A DNA stretch of 55,825 bases from an uncultured Candidatus Saccharibacteria bacterium (GCA_964561365.1 CAZLPF010000005.1:1-55825); one strand, 5' to 3'. Shown: positions 9,927 through 20,456, numbered from the stretch's first letter. Notes: a model not told the origin generated them from the sequence alone. Translations and numbers: made by a program.

Positions 9927-10152
9927 CTCGGAGAAACTCTGTAGAACCTGGGTTCAATCACCCACGAAGTGGGGATGAAAGCTGTCACCTACCTCACTTC
10001 CAAAAACAAACAGCTACATACCAACACTTCACCCCCATAGGCACCCACAAGATCAATCCTGTGAACGAGCTCATTCCCTAGTAAAGAACGCGTGTCCCCA
10101 CTGTACCTCCCCTTACTACCATTACTTGTTCTAAATCTGTAACGAAATAGTT
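9927..10152. other. Candidate oriC unwinding region (dnaA-dnaN intergenic)
   Basis: Degenerate DnaA-box-like motifs, a C-rich spacer, then TTA CTA CCA TTA CTT (10113-10127) resembling DnaA-trios. Confidence 0.6.
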
Positions 10153-11253
10153 ATGAAAGTAATCTGCACACAAGAGAACCTCAGGGTGGGGCTCGGGAAG
10201 GTAGCCCGGGTCATTGGTGCGACGAACACGCTTCCGATACTGAGCAACGTGCTCATGCGAGCCGAGAGCGGAATTTTGCGCCTGTCGGCGACAAACCTCG
10301 AGGTTGCGGTGGTAACCGAAGTTCGCTGCAAGGTTGAAGACGAGGGGAGCACCACGGTTTTAGCTAGAACCTTCACCGACCTCGTCAACAACCTTCCGAA
10401 CACGAACGTCAGCCTTGAAACGAGCGGGTTAACGCTCAAACTCGAAGCCGAACACTACCAAACATTCATAAAAACACTGCCAGCTGAAGAGTTTCCGCTC
10501 ATTCCCGAAGTCGAGCCGCGCCTAAAGCTTTCAGTTCCAGCCGTAACGCTCCAGGAAGCTATTGCCGAAGTTTCATTTGCCGCTTCCACGAACCAGACCC
10601 AGCCGGAAATAACCGGAATTCTTTTCTCCATTGAGCGGAAAGTCTTAAAGCTCGTGGGTACTGACCGCTACCGCCTGGCAGAGAAGACCGTGAAGCTGCC
10701 GGGAGACGTCGGCGGCCCGCTCGAGGTCATTGTTCCGCAGCGGACCTGCACTGAACTCTCGCGCATCCTGGGTCCGAAGGATGGCGATGTTGAAATCGTA
10801 TTCGGTGATACCCAGGTCGCGTTTTCGGCATCGGGCACCCGGGTCGTCAGCAGGACCATTGACGGCCAGTACCCACCCTACCAGCAGATCGTCCCCTCCG
10901 AGTTCACCACGACCGTCCTCGTGCCGCGGCAGGCGCTCGTTTCAGCGCTCCGCGCCGGCAGCGTCTTCAGCAGCTCGGCGAGCAGTGTCGTGGTCAGCTT
11001 CGACCCCGACAAGCAGGCCCTCGAGGTCGCCTCCGAATCCGCCGAGCTCGGCTCGAGCCGGGTCGAAATTCCCTCCGAGGTCTCCGGCCAGGCCGGCAAG
11101 CTCCTACTGAACTTCCGGTACCTCCAAGAGTGCCTGTCGGCCACCTCGGCTGAAAAGGTGAAGCTCAAGGTCACTGGCGAGACGTCGGCGGCCATCTTAG
11201 AGCCCGAGGGCGACCCGAGCTACCTCTACCTCGTTATGCCCATCAAGAGCTAA
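10153..11253 (+). CDS. dnaN: DNA polymerase III beta clamp
   Basis: LSATNLE, EEFPLIP, VGTDRYRLA, GQYPPYQQIVP, YLVMPIK. Confidence 0.98.
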   Translation: MKVICTQENLRVGLGKVARVIGATNTLPILSNVLMRAESGILRLSATNLEVAVVTEVRCKVEDEGSTTVLARTFTDLVNNLPNTNVSLETSGLTLKLEAEHYQTFIKTLPAEEFPLIPEVEPRLKLSVPAVTLQEAIAEVSFAASTNQTQPEITGILFSIERKVLKLVGTDRYRLAEKTVKLPGDVGGPLEVIVPQRTCTELSRILGPKDGDVEIVFGDTQVAFSASGTRVVSRTIDGQYPPYQQIVPSEFTTTVLVPRQALVSALRAGSVFSSSASSVVVSFDPDKQALEVASESAELGSSRVEIPSEVSGQAGKLLLNFRYLQECLSATSAEKVKLKVTGETSAAILEPEGDPSYLYLVMPIKS

Positions 11254-11256
11254 CCT

Positions 11257-12348
11257 ATGCGGATTCGCAACATCCAGATTAAGAACTTTCGCAACTATCC
11301 GCACCTAAACATCGACATCACCGGCGACGTGGTGGTGCTGTCGGGCCCGAACGCGGTCGGCAAGACGAACCTGCTCGAGTCCATTTACTTCGCGTCGCTG
11401 TTCAAGTCGTTCCGCGACGACACCGAATTCATTTTCCTCCGCGACTTCACCGATGCGCAGATCCGCATGGTCGTCGACAAGGGCGGTGAAGACCATACCA
11501 TTGAGGTCTTCCTCGAGCGGCGCGACCGCATCTTTGCGAACTTCAGCATCGATGGGGTTAAGAAGCGCCGCCGCGATGCGCAGGGGTTCCTCTCGGTCGT
11601 CATTTTCGACCCGACCGACGTTGACCTGTTTTCGAAGACGCCAGATGCGCGGCGCAAGTACCTGAACATGGTCCTCGCCCAGAAAGACCTCCGCTACCTA
11701 GACGCCCTGACCCAGTACAAGCAGGTGCTCCAGCGGAAAAGCCGGCTGCTCCAGGATACCCGCGCCGGGCTCTCGGGGGGTGAAGATCTGCCGGCCTGGA
11801 ACGAGCAGCTCGTCGAGCTCGGCAGCCAGATTATTACCGAGCGGCGCAAGTTCCTTTCGTTCTTAAACGACAGCATTTCGGAAATTTACGCGAACATTTC
11901 CGGATTCCACCGCCCGGTCGAAGTTTCCTACGAGAGCGTGGCCGGCGAGACGCAGGAGGAAATAGCCGAACAGCTCCGCCAGAAGCTCGCGCTCTACGCC
12001 GAAAAGGAAGCCGCCGCCGCAGCCTGCCTGGTCGGCCCGCACCGCGACGATTTTTCGCTCAAGTCAGACGGCCTCTACCTGTCGCCGTTCTCCTCACGCG
12101 GCGAGCTGCGGAGCCAAGTCCTCGCCATTAAGGTTTTAGAGCTCGAGTACCTCTCCCGCGGCGGCGAGAAGCCCATTCTCCTGCTCGACGATGTGCTCTC
12201 CGAGCTCGACGAAGTCAGGCGGACCTACCTCCTTCGCTACCTCCAGGGAAAGTTTCAGACGTTCATTACCACGACGCACCCGCTCGAAATGCCGGCGCAG
12301 CACATTACCCTCACGCCGGCGGTGCCCGAAGGGCAGGACGAAGCCTGA
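11257..12348 (+). CDS. recF: DNA replication/repair protein RecF
   Basis: NFRNY, GPNAVGKTNLLESI, GPHRDD, LLLDDVLSELD. Confidence 0.96.
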   Translation: MRIRNIQIKNFRNYPHLNIDITGDVVVLSGPNAVGKTNLLESIYFASLFKSFRDDTEFIFLRDFTDAQIRMVVDKGGEDHTIEVFLERRDRIFANFSIDGVKKRRRDAQGFLSVVIFDPTDVDLFSKTPDARRKYLNMVLAQKDLRYLDALTQYKQVLQRKSRLLQDTRAGLSGGEDLPAWNEQLVELGSQIITERRKFLSFLNDSISEIYANISGFHRPVEVSYESVAGETQEEIAEQLRQKLALYAEKEAAAAACLVGPHRDDFSLKSDGLYLSPFSSRGELRSQVLAIKVLELEYLSRGGEKPILLLDDVLSELDEVRRTYLLRYLQGKFQTFITTTHPLEMPAQHITLTPAVPEGQDEA

Positions 12349-12653
12349 TGCGCGGCGGAGGATTTCAGTCCCTCGGCCGCGCGGCCGGGGGCGCGGCGGA
12401 TCGTTTGGGCTTGCAGCAGCGGCTGGCCGCCGAGCTCGTGGCGCGCAGCTGGGGCCGCGCGGCCGAGGCTTTCGTTTCGGGCGCGGCACGGCTGTCGCGC
12501 GCGGTTCGCTTTGAGGCCGGCCGGCTCACGGTAGCCTGCCTCTCCCGCGAGCTCGCCGAACAGCTCCGCCGCTTCACCCGTTCAATCGTCGGGGCCCTGA
12601 ACCGCCAAATTGGGTTCGCGGCCGTGGCCGAGCTTGAATTTGAAACCCTCTAG
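12348..12653 (+). CDS. DciA/DUF721 family protein
   Basis: ~100 aa overlapping the recF stop; GRLTVAC...LAEQL...IVGALN pattern; typical recF-dciA synteny. Confidence 0.7.
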   Translation: MRGGGFQSLGRAAGGAADRLGLQQRLAAELVARSWGRAAEAFVSGAARLSRAVRFEAGRLTVACLSRELAEQLRRFTRSIVGALNRQIGFAAVAELEFETL

Positions 12654-12654
12654 C

Positions 12655-13371
12655 GTGAGTTACTTCCTTTCTCCCGACCTGCTAGAGGCTGCCGGCGAGG
12701 TTCGCCTGACCGGGGCCGAGGCCGCCCACCTCTCCGCCTCGCGGCGGGTCCGCATCGGTGAAGCGGTTGAGCTCCAAGACCCGGCGGGCCGGCGCTTCGT
12801 CTGTGTGGTGACCGCATCCTCGCGCGGCGTTGTTCACCTCGAAGTCCAATCAGAAATTCCTGCGCCGCCCGAGCCGCGCCGCCCGCTCGCGCTGTTCGTC
12901 GCTGCCTCGGCCGAGCAGGCGCTCGACCTCGTGGTGCGCCAGGCTACCGAACTCGGCGCGACCTCGGTCTTTGTCTGGAACGCCGAGCGCTCGCCGGCGC
13001 AGCTGACGGCGCCACGGTTCGAACAGAAGCGGGTGCGGTGGGAACGCATTGCCCGCGAGGCTGCCAAGCAGTCGGGGAGAACTCAGGCGCCCGTGGTATC
13101 GCTAATTGCAGATTTTGAGAAGCTAACCGCCGAGCTGCAGAATTTCGATCACGTGCTCGTGGCCGACCAGGGAGGTACGAGCGGCAAGCCACCGAGCTCT
13201 GGGAGTGTGGCGGTCGTCGTGGGCCCCGAGGGGGGCTTTGGGGAAGACGAGGCACGCGGCCTCGATGAGCTCGAGCACGTGGCGCGGGTGAAGCTCGCCG
13301 GCTACACCCTCCGCGTCGAAACCGCCGTGGCCGCAGCGCTCGCGCTCGTGTCCCACCCCTCAAACGAATAG
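12655..13371 (+). CDS. rsmE: 16S rRNA m3U1498 methyltransferase RsmE
   Basis: HLSASRRV, QATELGAT, EAAKQSGR, VGPEGGF, LRVETA; GTG start at 12655. Confidence 0.94.
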   Translation: MSYFLSPDLLEAAGEVRLTGAEAAHLSASRRVRIGEAVELQDPAGRRFVCVVTASSRGVVHLEVQSEIPAPPEPRRPLALFVAASAEQALDLVVRQATELGATSVFVWNAERSPAQLTAPRFEQKRVRWERIAREAAKQSGRTQAPVVSLIADFEKLTAELQNFDHVLVADQGGTSGKPPSSGSVAVVVGPEGGFGEDEARGLDELEHVARVKLAGYTLRVETAVAAALALVSHPSNE

Positions 13372-13372
13372 G

Positions 13373-13398
13373 AAAAGACCGCCGGTGGGCGGTCTTTT
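13373..13398 (+). terminator. Intrinsic terminator after rsmE
   Basis: AAAAGACCGCC-GGTG-GGCGGTCTTTT. Confidence 0.75.
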
Positions 13399-13457
13399 AA
13401 TGTACATTGGAAGTGTGCCGTTCCTTAGTTTAGAGTAAGAACAACTCACCGTTACCC

Positions 13458-14792
13458 ATGAACGCAACAGATTTTCACAACCACGGCCGCTGGGTCCAGC
13501 CGCCGCTGTCAGGCACCTTCTGGTGCCGCTGGAGCGAGAGCTGGGCGGTGCGGGAGCTCAGCCGGGGCCTGAGGCCCCTGGTCTTTTTAGACGGCCACTC
13601 GTTGACCCCACGCTCCGACGACGCGGTGTTTAGCCGGCTCCTCAGCCGTAACCGCAGCGGCCGCAGGGCCGCGAGCCTCGCCAAAAAAATTGATGCCATT
13701 GGCCGCAGGCTTGAGCGCGCCCACCTCGCGGTCCTCAAGACTTCCCAAGAGCCCGCGGCGCGCCTGCCGGCGCTGTTCCAAACGTACGCAGACGTCGTCG
13801 GTTTGTGGTGGTTCTGTATTCCGCTCGGCCAAGTAATTGAAGCTGAGCTGAGGCGCCGCTACCCGAAGCTTTCGAGTGATGATATTTTTTCGGCCGGCAA
13901 ACCCGTGCGGCAAACCTGGCTTGAGCGGGAAGCTGAAGCTGTCCGGCGCATTGCGGCGCTGCCGAAATCGAAATGGAAAACCGCGGCAACAAAGCACGCG
14001 CAGCATTACGCGTGGATCGGTACCCACCACTGGGGCGGCAAACCCTACTTAGTGGCGCGCTGCCTTCAGAACGTACGCGCGGCAGCCAAACGGGGAGCCG
14101 TTGAGCACGCAAAAAAACCGCGCGTGATTGATCCGGGACTGCTACAGCTCGCCCGCACGGTGAGCTACTGGCGCACGCACAGCGCCGAGCTGACCGCCAA
14201 GGTAGTCTTTGATTGCCGCGGCGCGCTCACCGAGCAGGCGAAGCGCTGGAAGCTCTCGTACGATGACCTTTGCCAACTTACCCACCGCGAGATTGAAGTG
14301 AACCTCGGCCGGCCGGGGTTGCCGGCCGCACTCAAAAAACAGATCTCGGCCCGGCGCAGAGCCTACGGGTGCGTGGTGGGCGCTGCCGGCCGGGAGCGCG
14401 TGTACGTCGGCCGCGCTTACGATCGGATGCAAAAACGCCTCGTCCCTTCCGAGAAGGTTTCGGGGGCCGAAATCCACGGCACCGTGGCCAGCAGCGGCGC
14501 ACCGGTGACCGCGCGTGCTTGCGTCGTGCTCGGTCCGAAACAGTTTAGAGACTTCAGGCGCGGCGACGTGCTCGTGACCAACGAAACTACTCCGGATTTC
14601 GTCATGCTCATGAAGCACGCCTCGGCCGTGGTAACCGACATCGGCGGCATGACCTCACACGCGGCTGTGGTCTGCCGTGAGCTCGGCAAGCCGTGCGTGG
14701 TGAGCACCAGGGTTGCGACCCAGGCCATTAAAACCGGGGACCGGGTCACCGTTGATTCCGTTTCCGGCACCGTAACGATCTTAAAATCCTGA
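13458..14792 (+). CDS. Protein with C-terminal PEP-utilising mobile (phosphohistidine) domain
   Basis: GDVLVTNETTPDF...GGMTSHAAVVCRELGKPCVV; N-terminal part unassigned. Confidence 0.8.
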   Translation: MNATDFHNHGRWVQPPLSGTFWCRWSESWAVRELSRGLRPLVFLDGHSLTPRSDDAVFSRLLSRNRSGRRAASLAKKIDAIGRRLERAHLAVLKTSQEPAARLPALFQTYADVVGLWWFCIPLGQVIEAELRRRYPKLSSDDIFSAGKPVRQTWLEREAEAVRRIAALPKSKWKTAATKHAQHYAWIGTHHWGGKPYLVARCLQNVRAAAKRGAVEHAKKPRVIDPGLLQLARTVSYWRTHSAELTAKVVFDCRGALTEQAKRWKLSYDDLCQLTHREIEVNLGRPGLPAALKKQISARRRAYGCVVGAAGRERVYVGRAYDRMQKRLVPSEKVSGAEIHGTVASSGAPVTARACVVLGPKQFRDFRRGDVLVTNETTPDFVMLMKHASAVVTDIGGMTSHAAVVCRELGKPCVVSTRVATQAIKTGDRVTVDSVSGTVTILKS

Positions 14793-14794
14793 CC

Positions 14795-15793
14795 ATGCCT
14801 GAATTTGGACCTGAGCACTCGGCGGCTGACCGGCGCGAGGGCGAGAAGCCGAGCATCCGCATCATCTTCCGCCGCCACGATCAGAAAATGGTGGAATCCA
14901 CGTCGGGGCCGCGCCTAAACGACGCTACGGTGGGTCTGACGCCGGAAGGTCGGGCGAACGCCGTCCGGAAGGGAAAAGAACTCGGCATTAACCCGGCCAT
15001 GGCCGTACTTGGCGGCTCGGGGCGCAACCGGTCGACCGAAACAGTCCGCCTCATGGCGCAGGCCAATGAGCCTGATATAGATAGCATCGTAGGCCAGCCC
15101 GGTTCTGAAATTGAGCAAGAGGAGGCCTGGGTCGCCGCTCTCAGGGCGCAGGGGTCGCCGGCTGCGGACCGGAAATCGTTCCAGTCAGACGCGCTCGATT
15201 TCCATTTCGACACCCCCGCGGTGAAGGCGGAGTACTACCAGCACTACCTGAAGGAACAAAATCCCGACACGCTCCGGTACATGCGCGAGGAGAGCGACGC
15301 CCTCGTTGAGCGCTACCGCGACACAACCTCGGACAGCTACTCGCGGAACGCCGGCAAGGTTGCCGAGCTCGTGAAGCGCTACCTGAACTTTGCGCCGCGG
15401 TGGGAGCGCATTTACGCAGAAAAGTCGGGCGAGTACTCGGGCAGCGAAATGCAACGGCTGTTCGGCACCCACCAGACCGTGACCGAGCCGTTCCTTATGA
15501 AAATTGCCGACAAGCTCGAGGGGCCGGGGGCTTCAGAAGCACTTTTTCCCGTCGGTGGCGGGCCGGACGGCAGGCTCGGCAACGGCTTTCCGCTGAGCGA
15601 AGGGTTTGAGGCCAGCATCGAAGCTGACCAGGCCGCCCCTGGCGGCGTGCGGATCCGCATTGGGTACCGCGATCGGTCTTGGGATGTGCCGGCATCGCTC
15701 ATTGACGAAATTATCCGCGAACGCGACGAGCTCAATAGCCGTATTCGGCAGACTCCCGCAGAAGATCACGGCGAGCAACAACCACCTGCATAA
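14795..15793 (+). CDS. Histidine phosphatase superfamily-like protein
   Basis: IIFRRHDQK (RHG-like), LTPEGR, RSTET, later GTHQTV. Confidence 0.55.
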   Translation: MPEFGPEHSAADRREGEKPSIRIIFRRHDQKMVESTSGPRLNDATVGLTPEGRANAVRKGKELGINPAMAVLGGSGRNRSTETVRLMAQANEPDIDSIVGQPGSEIEQEEAWVAALRAQGSPAADRKSFQSDALDFHFDTPAVKAEYYQHYLKEQNPDTLRYMREESDALVERYRDTTSDSYSRNAGKVAELVKRYLNFAPRWERIYAEKSGEYSGSEMQRLFGTHQTVTEPFLMKIADKLEGPGASEALFPVGGGPDGRLGNGFPLSEGFEASIEADQAAPGGVRIRIGYRDRSWDVPASLIDEIIRERDELNSRIRQTPAEDHGEQQPPA

Positions 15794-15823
15794 AAAACAG
15801 CCCCGGATCGGGGGTTGTTTTTT
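15791..15823. terminator. Bidirectional intrinsic terminator
   Basis: AAAAAACAGCCCC...GGGGTTGTTTTTT between convergent genes. Confidence 0.75.
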
Positions 15824-16904
15824 AAAGGTACCGTTCGAGCCGTTTCTGTTTCTCGATTTCTTTGATCAAGTCTTTAATCTTCTCACTCTCGTGCTTCGTG
15901 GTCACGAGCAGGGCGTCGCCGGTGTTGACGACCACGACGTCAGAGAGGCCGTAGAGGGCCACGAGCTTCGGTTCGTAATTGTAGACGAGGTTATCTTCGC
16001 CTTCGGCCACGGTGACGTTGCCGAGCGTCAGGTTTTCACCCGAGGCTGATTGGACGTCCTTCAAGATTTTCCAGCTGCCGATGTCGATCCAGTCGAAGTC
16101 GCCGCGGACGGCGAGGAGCTGCTTGCCCGAGAGTTTCACGAAGGCCTCTTGCTCGAGGTCGAACTTCGGCACCTTCGGGTAGAGGCGGGCCACGGCGGCA
16201 CGCTCGCGGCTCGTGCCGAGGTGTGGCTCGATCTGCTTGAGGACGCGGTAGGCGCTCGGCGCGTAGCGGCGGCAGAGCGCGACCACGGTGTCGGCGCGAC
16301 AGACGAAGTAGCCGGTGTTCCAGAGGCAGCGACCGCTCGCGGTCATGGCCGTGGCTTCCTTGGCCGTCGGTTTGCGGATGAAGCGCCGGACCTCGTAGCG
16401 GCCGTTGCCGCGGCGCGGGTCGAGCGGCTTGCCGAGCTCTAAGTGCCCGAAGCCCGGGTGCGGGTACTGCGGGGCCACGCCGATGGCGACGATCGCGCCC
16501 GGGTGCTCACCGACAATCCGCTCGGCTGCCCTGAGCGTTCGGTGGAAGCCGGTGACGTTCTGAATGTGGTGGTCGCTCCAGATGGTGACGAAAGTCGCGT
16601 TCCTATCGCGCTTCAGGAGGCGCATGGCCGAGAGGCAGAGCGCCGGTCCGAGGTCGCGGGCGCAGGGCTCGAGCAGGTAGTTTGATTTCGGCACGCCGGG
16701 CAGCTGGCCGCGGATGGCCGAGGCGTAGCGTTCACCGGTCGAGAGCATTATTTTTTTAGGCGGAAAACCCTTCCGGATGCGCCGGAAGGTGCTCTGGAGC
16801 AGCGTCTGCTTGCCGATGAGCCCGAGGAGCTGCTTCGGTTTCGACTTGCGGGACACCGGCCAGAGGCGGGTGCCGCTGCCGCCGGCCATGATGAGCGCGT
16901 ACAT
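15822..16904 (-). CDS. Mannose-1-phosphate guanylyltransferase (ManC-like)
   Basis: IMAGGSGTRLWPVSRKSKPKQ, WSDHHI, WNTG, WIDIGSW. Confidence 0.93.
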   Translation of the reverse strand: MYALIMAGGSGTRLWPVSRKSKPKQLLGLIGKQTLLQSTFRRIRKGFPPKKIMLSTGERYASAIRGQLPGVPKSNYLLEPCARDLGPALCLSAMRLLKRDRNATFVTIWSDHHIQNVTGFHRTLRAAERIVGEHPGAIVAIGVAPQYPHPGFGHLELGKPLDPRRGNGRYEVRRFIRKPTAKEATAMTASGRCLWNTGYFVCRADTVVALCRRYAPSAYRVLKQIEPHLGTSRERAAVARLYPKVPKFDLEQEAFVKLSGKQLLAVRGDFDWIDIGSWKILKDVQSASGENLTLGNVTVAEGEDNLVYNYEPKLVALYGLSDVVVVNTGDALLVTTKHESEKIKDLIKEIEKQKRLERYL

Positions 16905-16981
16905 GGGTGGTAGGTGGTATGGGGAGAAATAAAACCGGTCGCTGTGACCGGAGGTGCCGCTGGGGCCGCGAACAACGGGGT

Positions 16982-17010
16982 ACTGTACTAAAGATTAACC
17001 CAAATGTCAA
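16982..17010 (-). promoter_or_regulatory. Sigma70-type promoter for the ManC-like gene
   Basis: TTGACA-17 nt-TACAGT on the minus strand. Confidence 0.5.
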
Positions 17011-17543
17011 TCCTTGCGCCGGCGGGGGCCGGGAATGGCGTCGTAGAGATCGAGCACCATCTTTTCAATGCTCGCGGGGTTCGGAACGTTCTCGAAGACG
17101 AAGCGCTCGGTCGCCCCCGCGGTCTGAACCTTCACGTCGCCGTAGTTGAACATGGTGCCGAGCACGCCGGAGACTTCGCTCGACACGTCCTCGATGTTCT
17201 CAATGTGGAGCTCGGCCACGGTGTGGTGGAAGAGCCCGACCTGGTCGATGTCGACGATGCGGAGGTTGGTCACGACCTGGATGTTCAGGTAGTACATAAC
17301 CCAAACAATGAACCCCGACAGCAGCAGGAACAGGTAGCCGAGGCTGACGAGCAGGTTTACGGCCATGCCGGAGCTGCCTTCGAACAGCTGGGGGAAGGCC
17401 TCCGGCCCGAAGCGGAGAATGACGGCGAGGGCGGCGGCGAAGATTGCCCAGATCAGGAACTTGAGCAGCAGCCGGACCCAGTGCTCGCGGACGACCAGGT
17501 AGACCGACTCGTTCTCCTGCTGGCTCGGAAAAATTCGGTGCAC
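17007..17543 (-). CDS. Membrane protein with bacterial PH-like domain
   Basis: VREHW, two TM helices, VVTNLRIVDIDQ, IENIEDV, NYGDVKVQTAG; GTG 1 nt after the upstream stop (TTG at 17564 is an alternative start). Confidence 0.8.
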   Translation of the reverse strand: MHRIFPSQQENESVYLVVREHWVRLLLKFLIWAIFAAALAVILRFGPEAFPQLFEGSSGMAVNLLVSLGYLFLLLSGFIVWVMYYLNIQVVTNLRIVDIDQVGLFHHTVAELHIENIEDVSSEVSGVLGTMFNYGDVKVQTAGATERFVFENVPNPASIEKMVLDLYDAIPGPRRRKD

Positions 17544-17544
17544 G

Positions 17545-17763
17545 TCAGGCGTTTTTAATCGCAATGAGCAGCGCGTACGAGCGCTGCGCGAGGGCGAGGA
17601 AGGCTGCCGAGTAGACGACCGCGACCCCGAGGCTCAGCAGCCGGTCCTTGCCGTACTTCACGAGGATGTAGACGGTGAAGAACGACAGGAAGGCGATGAG
17701 CGCGAGGGCGACGTAGTAGACGCCGGCGAGTATGAGGTAGCCCAGGGTCGGTTGGTCGTACAC
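17545..17763 (-). CDS. Small two-TM membrane protein
   Basis: 72 aa hydrophobic ORF tightly packed in the ruvB operon. Confidence 0.7.
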   Translation of the reverse strand: MYDQPTLGYLILAGVYYVALALIAFLSFFTVYILVKYGKDRLLSLGVAVVYSAAFLALAQRSYALLIAIKNA

Positions 17764-17771
17764 GGTGGTGG

Positions 17772-18839
17772 TCAGATGATGCGCTGCTGGATCGGTCCGC
17801 CCTCGGTCGCGAGGTTCTGCGGGGGAACGAGCCCCAGGTGGCGGTAGGTGGCCTCGAGCGAGACCCGGCCCTTCGGCGTGCGGGCGAGGAGCCCCTGGCG
17901 GATGAGGAACGGCTCAATGACGTCGGTAATGGTGTCTTCCTCTTCGCCGGTAGCGGCGGCGAGCGTCGAGAGCCCCACGGGGCCGCCTGAGAATTTTCCG
18001 ACGAGCGCCTCGAGCACGCGGCGGTCGGTGCGGTCGAGCCCGAGCGCGTCGACCTCGAGGAGGGCGAGCGCGCGCGAGGCAACGTCGTGCGTAATTGTAC
18101 CACCGCCGTGGACCTCGGCGAAGTCGCGCGCGCGGCGGAGTAGCCGGTTGGCGATGCGCGGGGTAAAGCGCGCGCGCTGCGCGAGCTCAGAGGTCGCCGG
18201 GGCCTCGAGGGTTGTGCCGAGGATGCGTCCGGAGCGGCGCAGAATTTCTTCGAGCTCTTCCTGCCCGTAGTACTCGAGGCGGAAACTCGCGCCGAAGCGG
18301 TCGCGGAGCGGCGCGGCAATGAGCCCGAGCCGCGTGGTAGCGCCGATGAGCGTGAAGCGGGGCAGCTCCATGCGAATACTGCGCGCGCCCGGCCCCTTGC
18401 CGAGGACAATGTCGAGGACGCCGTCTTCCATGGCCGGGTAGAGGACCTCTTCGACGATCTTGCTCAGGCGGTGGATTTCGTCTATGAACAGCACGTCGCC
18501 CTCGCTGAGGTTCGTCAGCAGGCTCGCGAGGTCGCCGGCGCGCTCGATGGCCGGCCCCGAGGTAACCCGGATGCCGGCGCCGACCTCGCGGGCGATAATG
18601 TGTGCGAGCGTCGTTTTGCCTAAGCCCGGCGGGCCGTGGAGGAGGAGGTGCTCGAGCGGCTCGCCGCGCATTTTGGCTGCGCCGATCAAGATGCGGAGGT
18701 TCTCTTTCAGCTGCGGCTGGCCGACGTACTCTGAAAGGAGCTGCGGCCGCAGGGTAACTTCAGCGGCGCGGTCTTCGTCTGACGCTTTCGGTCCGAGCGG
18801 TTGTTCGTCTTCGGCCGGCTGGGCAGATTCGATAGCCAT
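17772..18839 (-). CDS. ruvB: Holliday junction branch migration helicase RuvB
   Basis: [43 protein letters not shown]. Confidence 0.99.
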   Translation of the reverse strand: MAIESAQPAEDEQPLGPKASDEDRAAEVTLRPQLLSEYVGQPQLKENLRILIGAAKMRGEPLEHLLLHGPPGLGKTTLAHIIAREVGAGIRVTSGPAIERAGDLASLLTNLSEGDVLFIDEIHRLSKIVEEVLYPAMEDGVLDIVLGKGPGARSIRMELPRFTLIGATTRLGLIAAPLRDRFGASFRLEYYGQEELEEILRRSGRILGTTLEAPATSELAQRARFTPRIANRLLRRARDFAEVHGGGTITHDVASRALALLEVDALGLDRTDRRVLEALVGKFSGGPVGLSTLAAATGEEEDTITDVIEPFLIRQGLLARTPKGRVSLEATYRHLGLVPPQNLATEGGPIQQRII

Positions 18840-20068
18840 CAGTTTACCTTCGCCTGCGGCGTGAACTGCAGCAGGCCGTTCGCGCCCGTGGTGGCGGTGG
18901 GGAACTCCTCAGTCTTGTGGAAGAGCGCCGGCGACTGGTAAACGGACAGGAACGTCGAGGTGCTCGTGGTGCCGTTCTTGGTGACCACCGTGGTCCATCT
19001 CGCCTTCATGGAACCGTCGGATTTGCGGTCGTACTGCACGGGCTTCTGAACGTCCACGAGGCGCGCATCTTTCGTGCCCCAGAGGTCGAAGACGAGCTGG
19101 TCGGCGGCCTCGAAGTGCGGCCAGATCATGAGGTAGCCGGGCGTGTCGTTCTTGTACTTCAAATCCACGACGCCGGGGTAGATGGTCGCGTCGGTGCCCT
19201 GCGGCGCGTAGTACTGAACCGCGTATGCGTGGTTGCGGCGCTGGGTAATGGGCAGCCCCGCGTTGATGGCTCCGCGGAACATGGTTGAGGAAACTTGGCA
19301 GAGGCCGCCGCCGAACTCGGGAACGGTGCCGGTCCTCTTGATGACGAGCTCGGGCAGGAAGCCGTGCTCGCCGTCTACGGGGCCGAGGAATTTGTTGAAG
19401 CTGAACTCTTCGCCGGGAGCGATGAGCACGCCGCGCATCTGCTCGATGCCGACCCGAATGTTGTGGCGGCGGTTGCTCGGGCTGCCGCGGAAGCTCGAGG
19501 TGCCCTGGGCCACGAGCTCGCGGATGCCGAGGTCGTTCGTCTGCGAGAGGAGCAGGTGCGGCGCGCCGGGCGCGGTCGGCACCGTGACCGTAGCCGAGCC
19601 GCTCTCGAAGCCCCCGAGGATGGCCCGTACCGCGCCGGGGCGGTCGATGTTCACGCCGTCCCGGCCGGGGTTGAATTCAACGGCGCGGTTGTTTTCAATT
19701 TTCAGGACCGCATCCGCGCCGGAGATTTCGCTGCCCGCAGCCAGGGCAGAGACGAAACCGTAGATTCTGCCGGGGTTGTAGGGGTAGGTTTTGGCGGGCG
19801 CCGGGGCGCGGAGGTTTCCGGGCGCCGCGCCGGCGTAGGCGGCCAGCGCCGCGCCGGCGTCGAGCGGGGCAGCGGACAGGGGCGCGGACGACCGCAGCGT
19901 GACGGCGCCGGACCACGACTGAACTTCGCCGTCGCTGACGGGAACGTTCACGCCGCCGACGACCAGCGTGAGCCCCGATACCCGGGGCGGGACCTGTGCC
20001 GAAGCCGCTGCCGGCACCAGGAGGGCGACGGCAGCGAGGCTGAGGCTAACTGGCAAAGGTAATTTCAT
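18839..20068 (-). CDS. VanW family exported protein
   Basis: Signal peptide; [41 protein letters not shown]. Confidence 0.9.
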   Translation of the reverse strand: MKLPLPVSLSLAAVALLVPAAASAQVPPRVSGLTLVVGGVNVPVSDGEVQSWSGAVTLRSSAPLSAAPLDAGAALAAYAGAAPGNLRAPAPAKTYPYNPGRIYGFVSALAAGSEISGADAVLKIENNRAVEFNPGRDGVNIDRPGAVRAILGGFESGSATVTVPTAPGAPHLLLSQTNDLGIRELVAQGTSSFRGSPSNRRHNIRVGIEQMRGVLIAPGEEFSFNKFLGPVDGEHGFLPELVIKRTGTVPEFGGGLCQVSSTMFRGAINAGLPITQRRNHAYAVQYYAPQGTDATIYPGVVDLKYKNDTPGYLMIWPHFEAADQLVFDLWGTKDARLVDVQKPVQYDRKSDGSMKARWTTVVTKNGTTSTSTFLSVYQSPALFHKTEEFPTATTGANGLLQFTPQAKVN

Positions 20069-20456
20069 GGGTGTGGGGTGGGAGGAGTTCGCGCGCCCGG
20101 TCCGGCCACTCGACGACCGTGATGCTGCCGCGTTCGGCGAGCGCTTCGGGAAGGCCCGCCTGTTCGGCTTCGGCCGGACTCGAAAGGCGGTAGAGGTCGA
20201 AGTGGTAGAGCGTCGCGGGCTTGCCGGTCTTCGGGAGCCGGGCGCGGTAGCGGGTCGCGATGGTGTACGTCGGGCTCGCGATGGGATCGGCTACCCCGAG
20301 GGCGCGGCCGAGCTCTTTCGTGAAGTACGTTTTACCGGCGCCGAGCGGTCCCGAGAGCGCGAGAACCTCACCGCCCGAAAGCGCCGCGGCCAGGGCGTTC
20401 GCCGCCCGCGGAATATCTTTGAAGCGGATCGTCTCGGGGGTGATTTTCGTCTGCAC
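20046..20456 (-). CDS. tsaE: tRNA threonylcarbamoyladenosine biosynthesis ATPase TsaE
   Basis: LSGPLGAGKT, SPTYT, HFDLYRL, VVEWP. Confidence 0.95.
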   Translation of the reverse strand: MQTKITPETIRFKDIPRAANALAAALSGGEVLALSGPLGAGKTYFTKELGRALGVADPIASPTYTIATRYRARLPKTGKPATLYHFDLYRLSSPAEAEQAGLPEALAERGSITVVEWPDRARELLPPHTHEITFAS

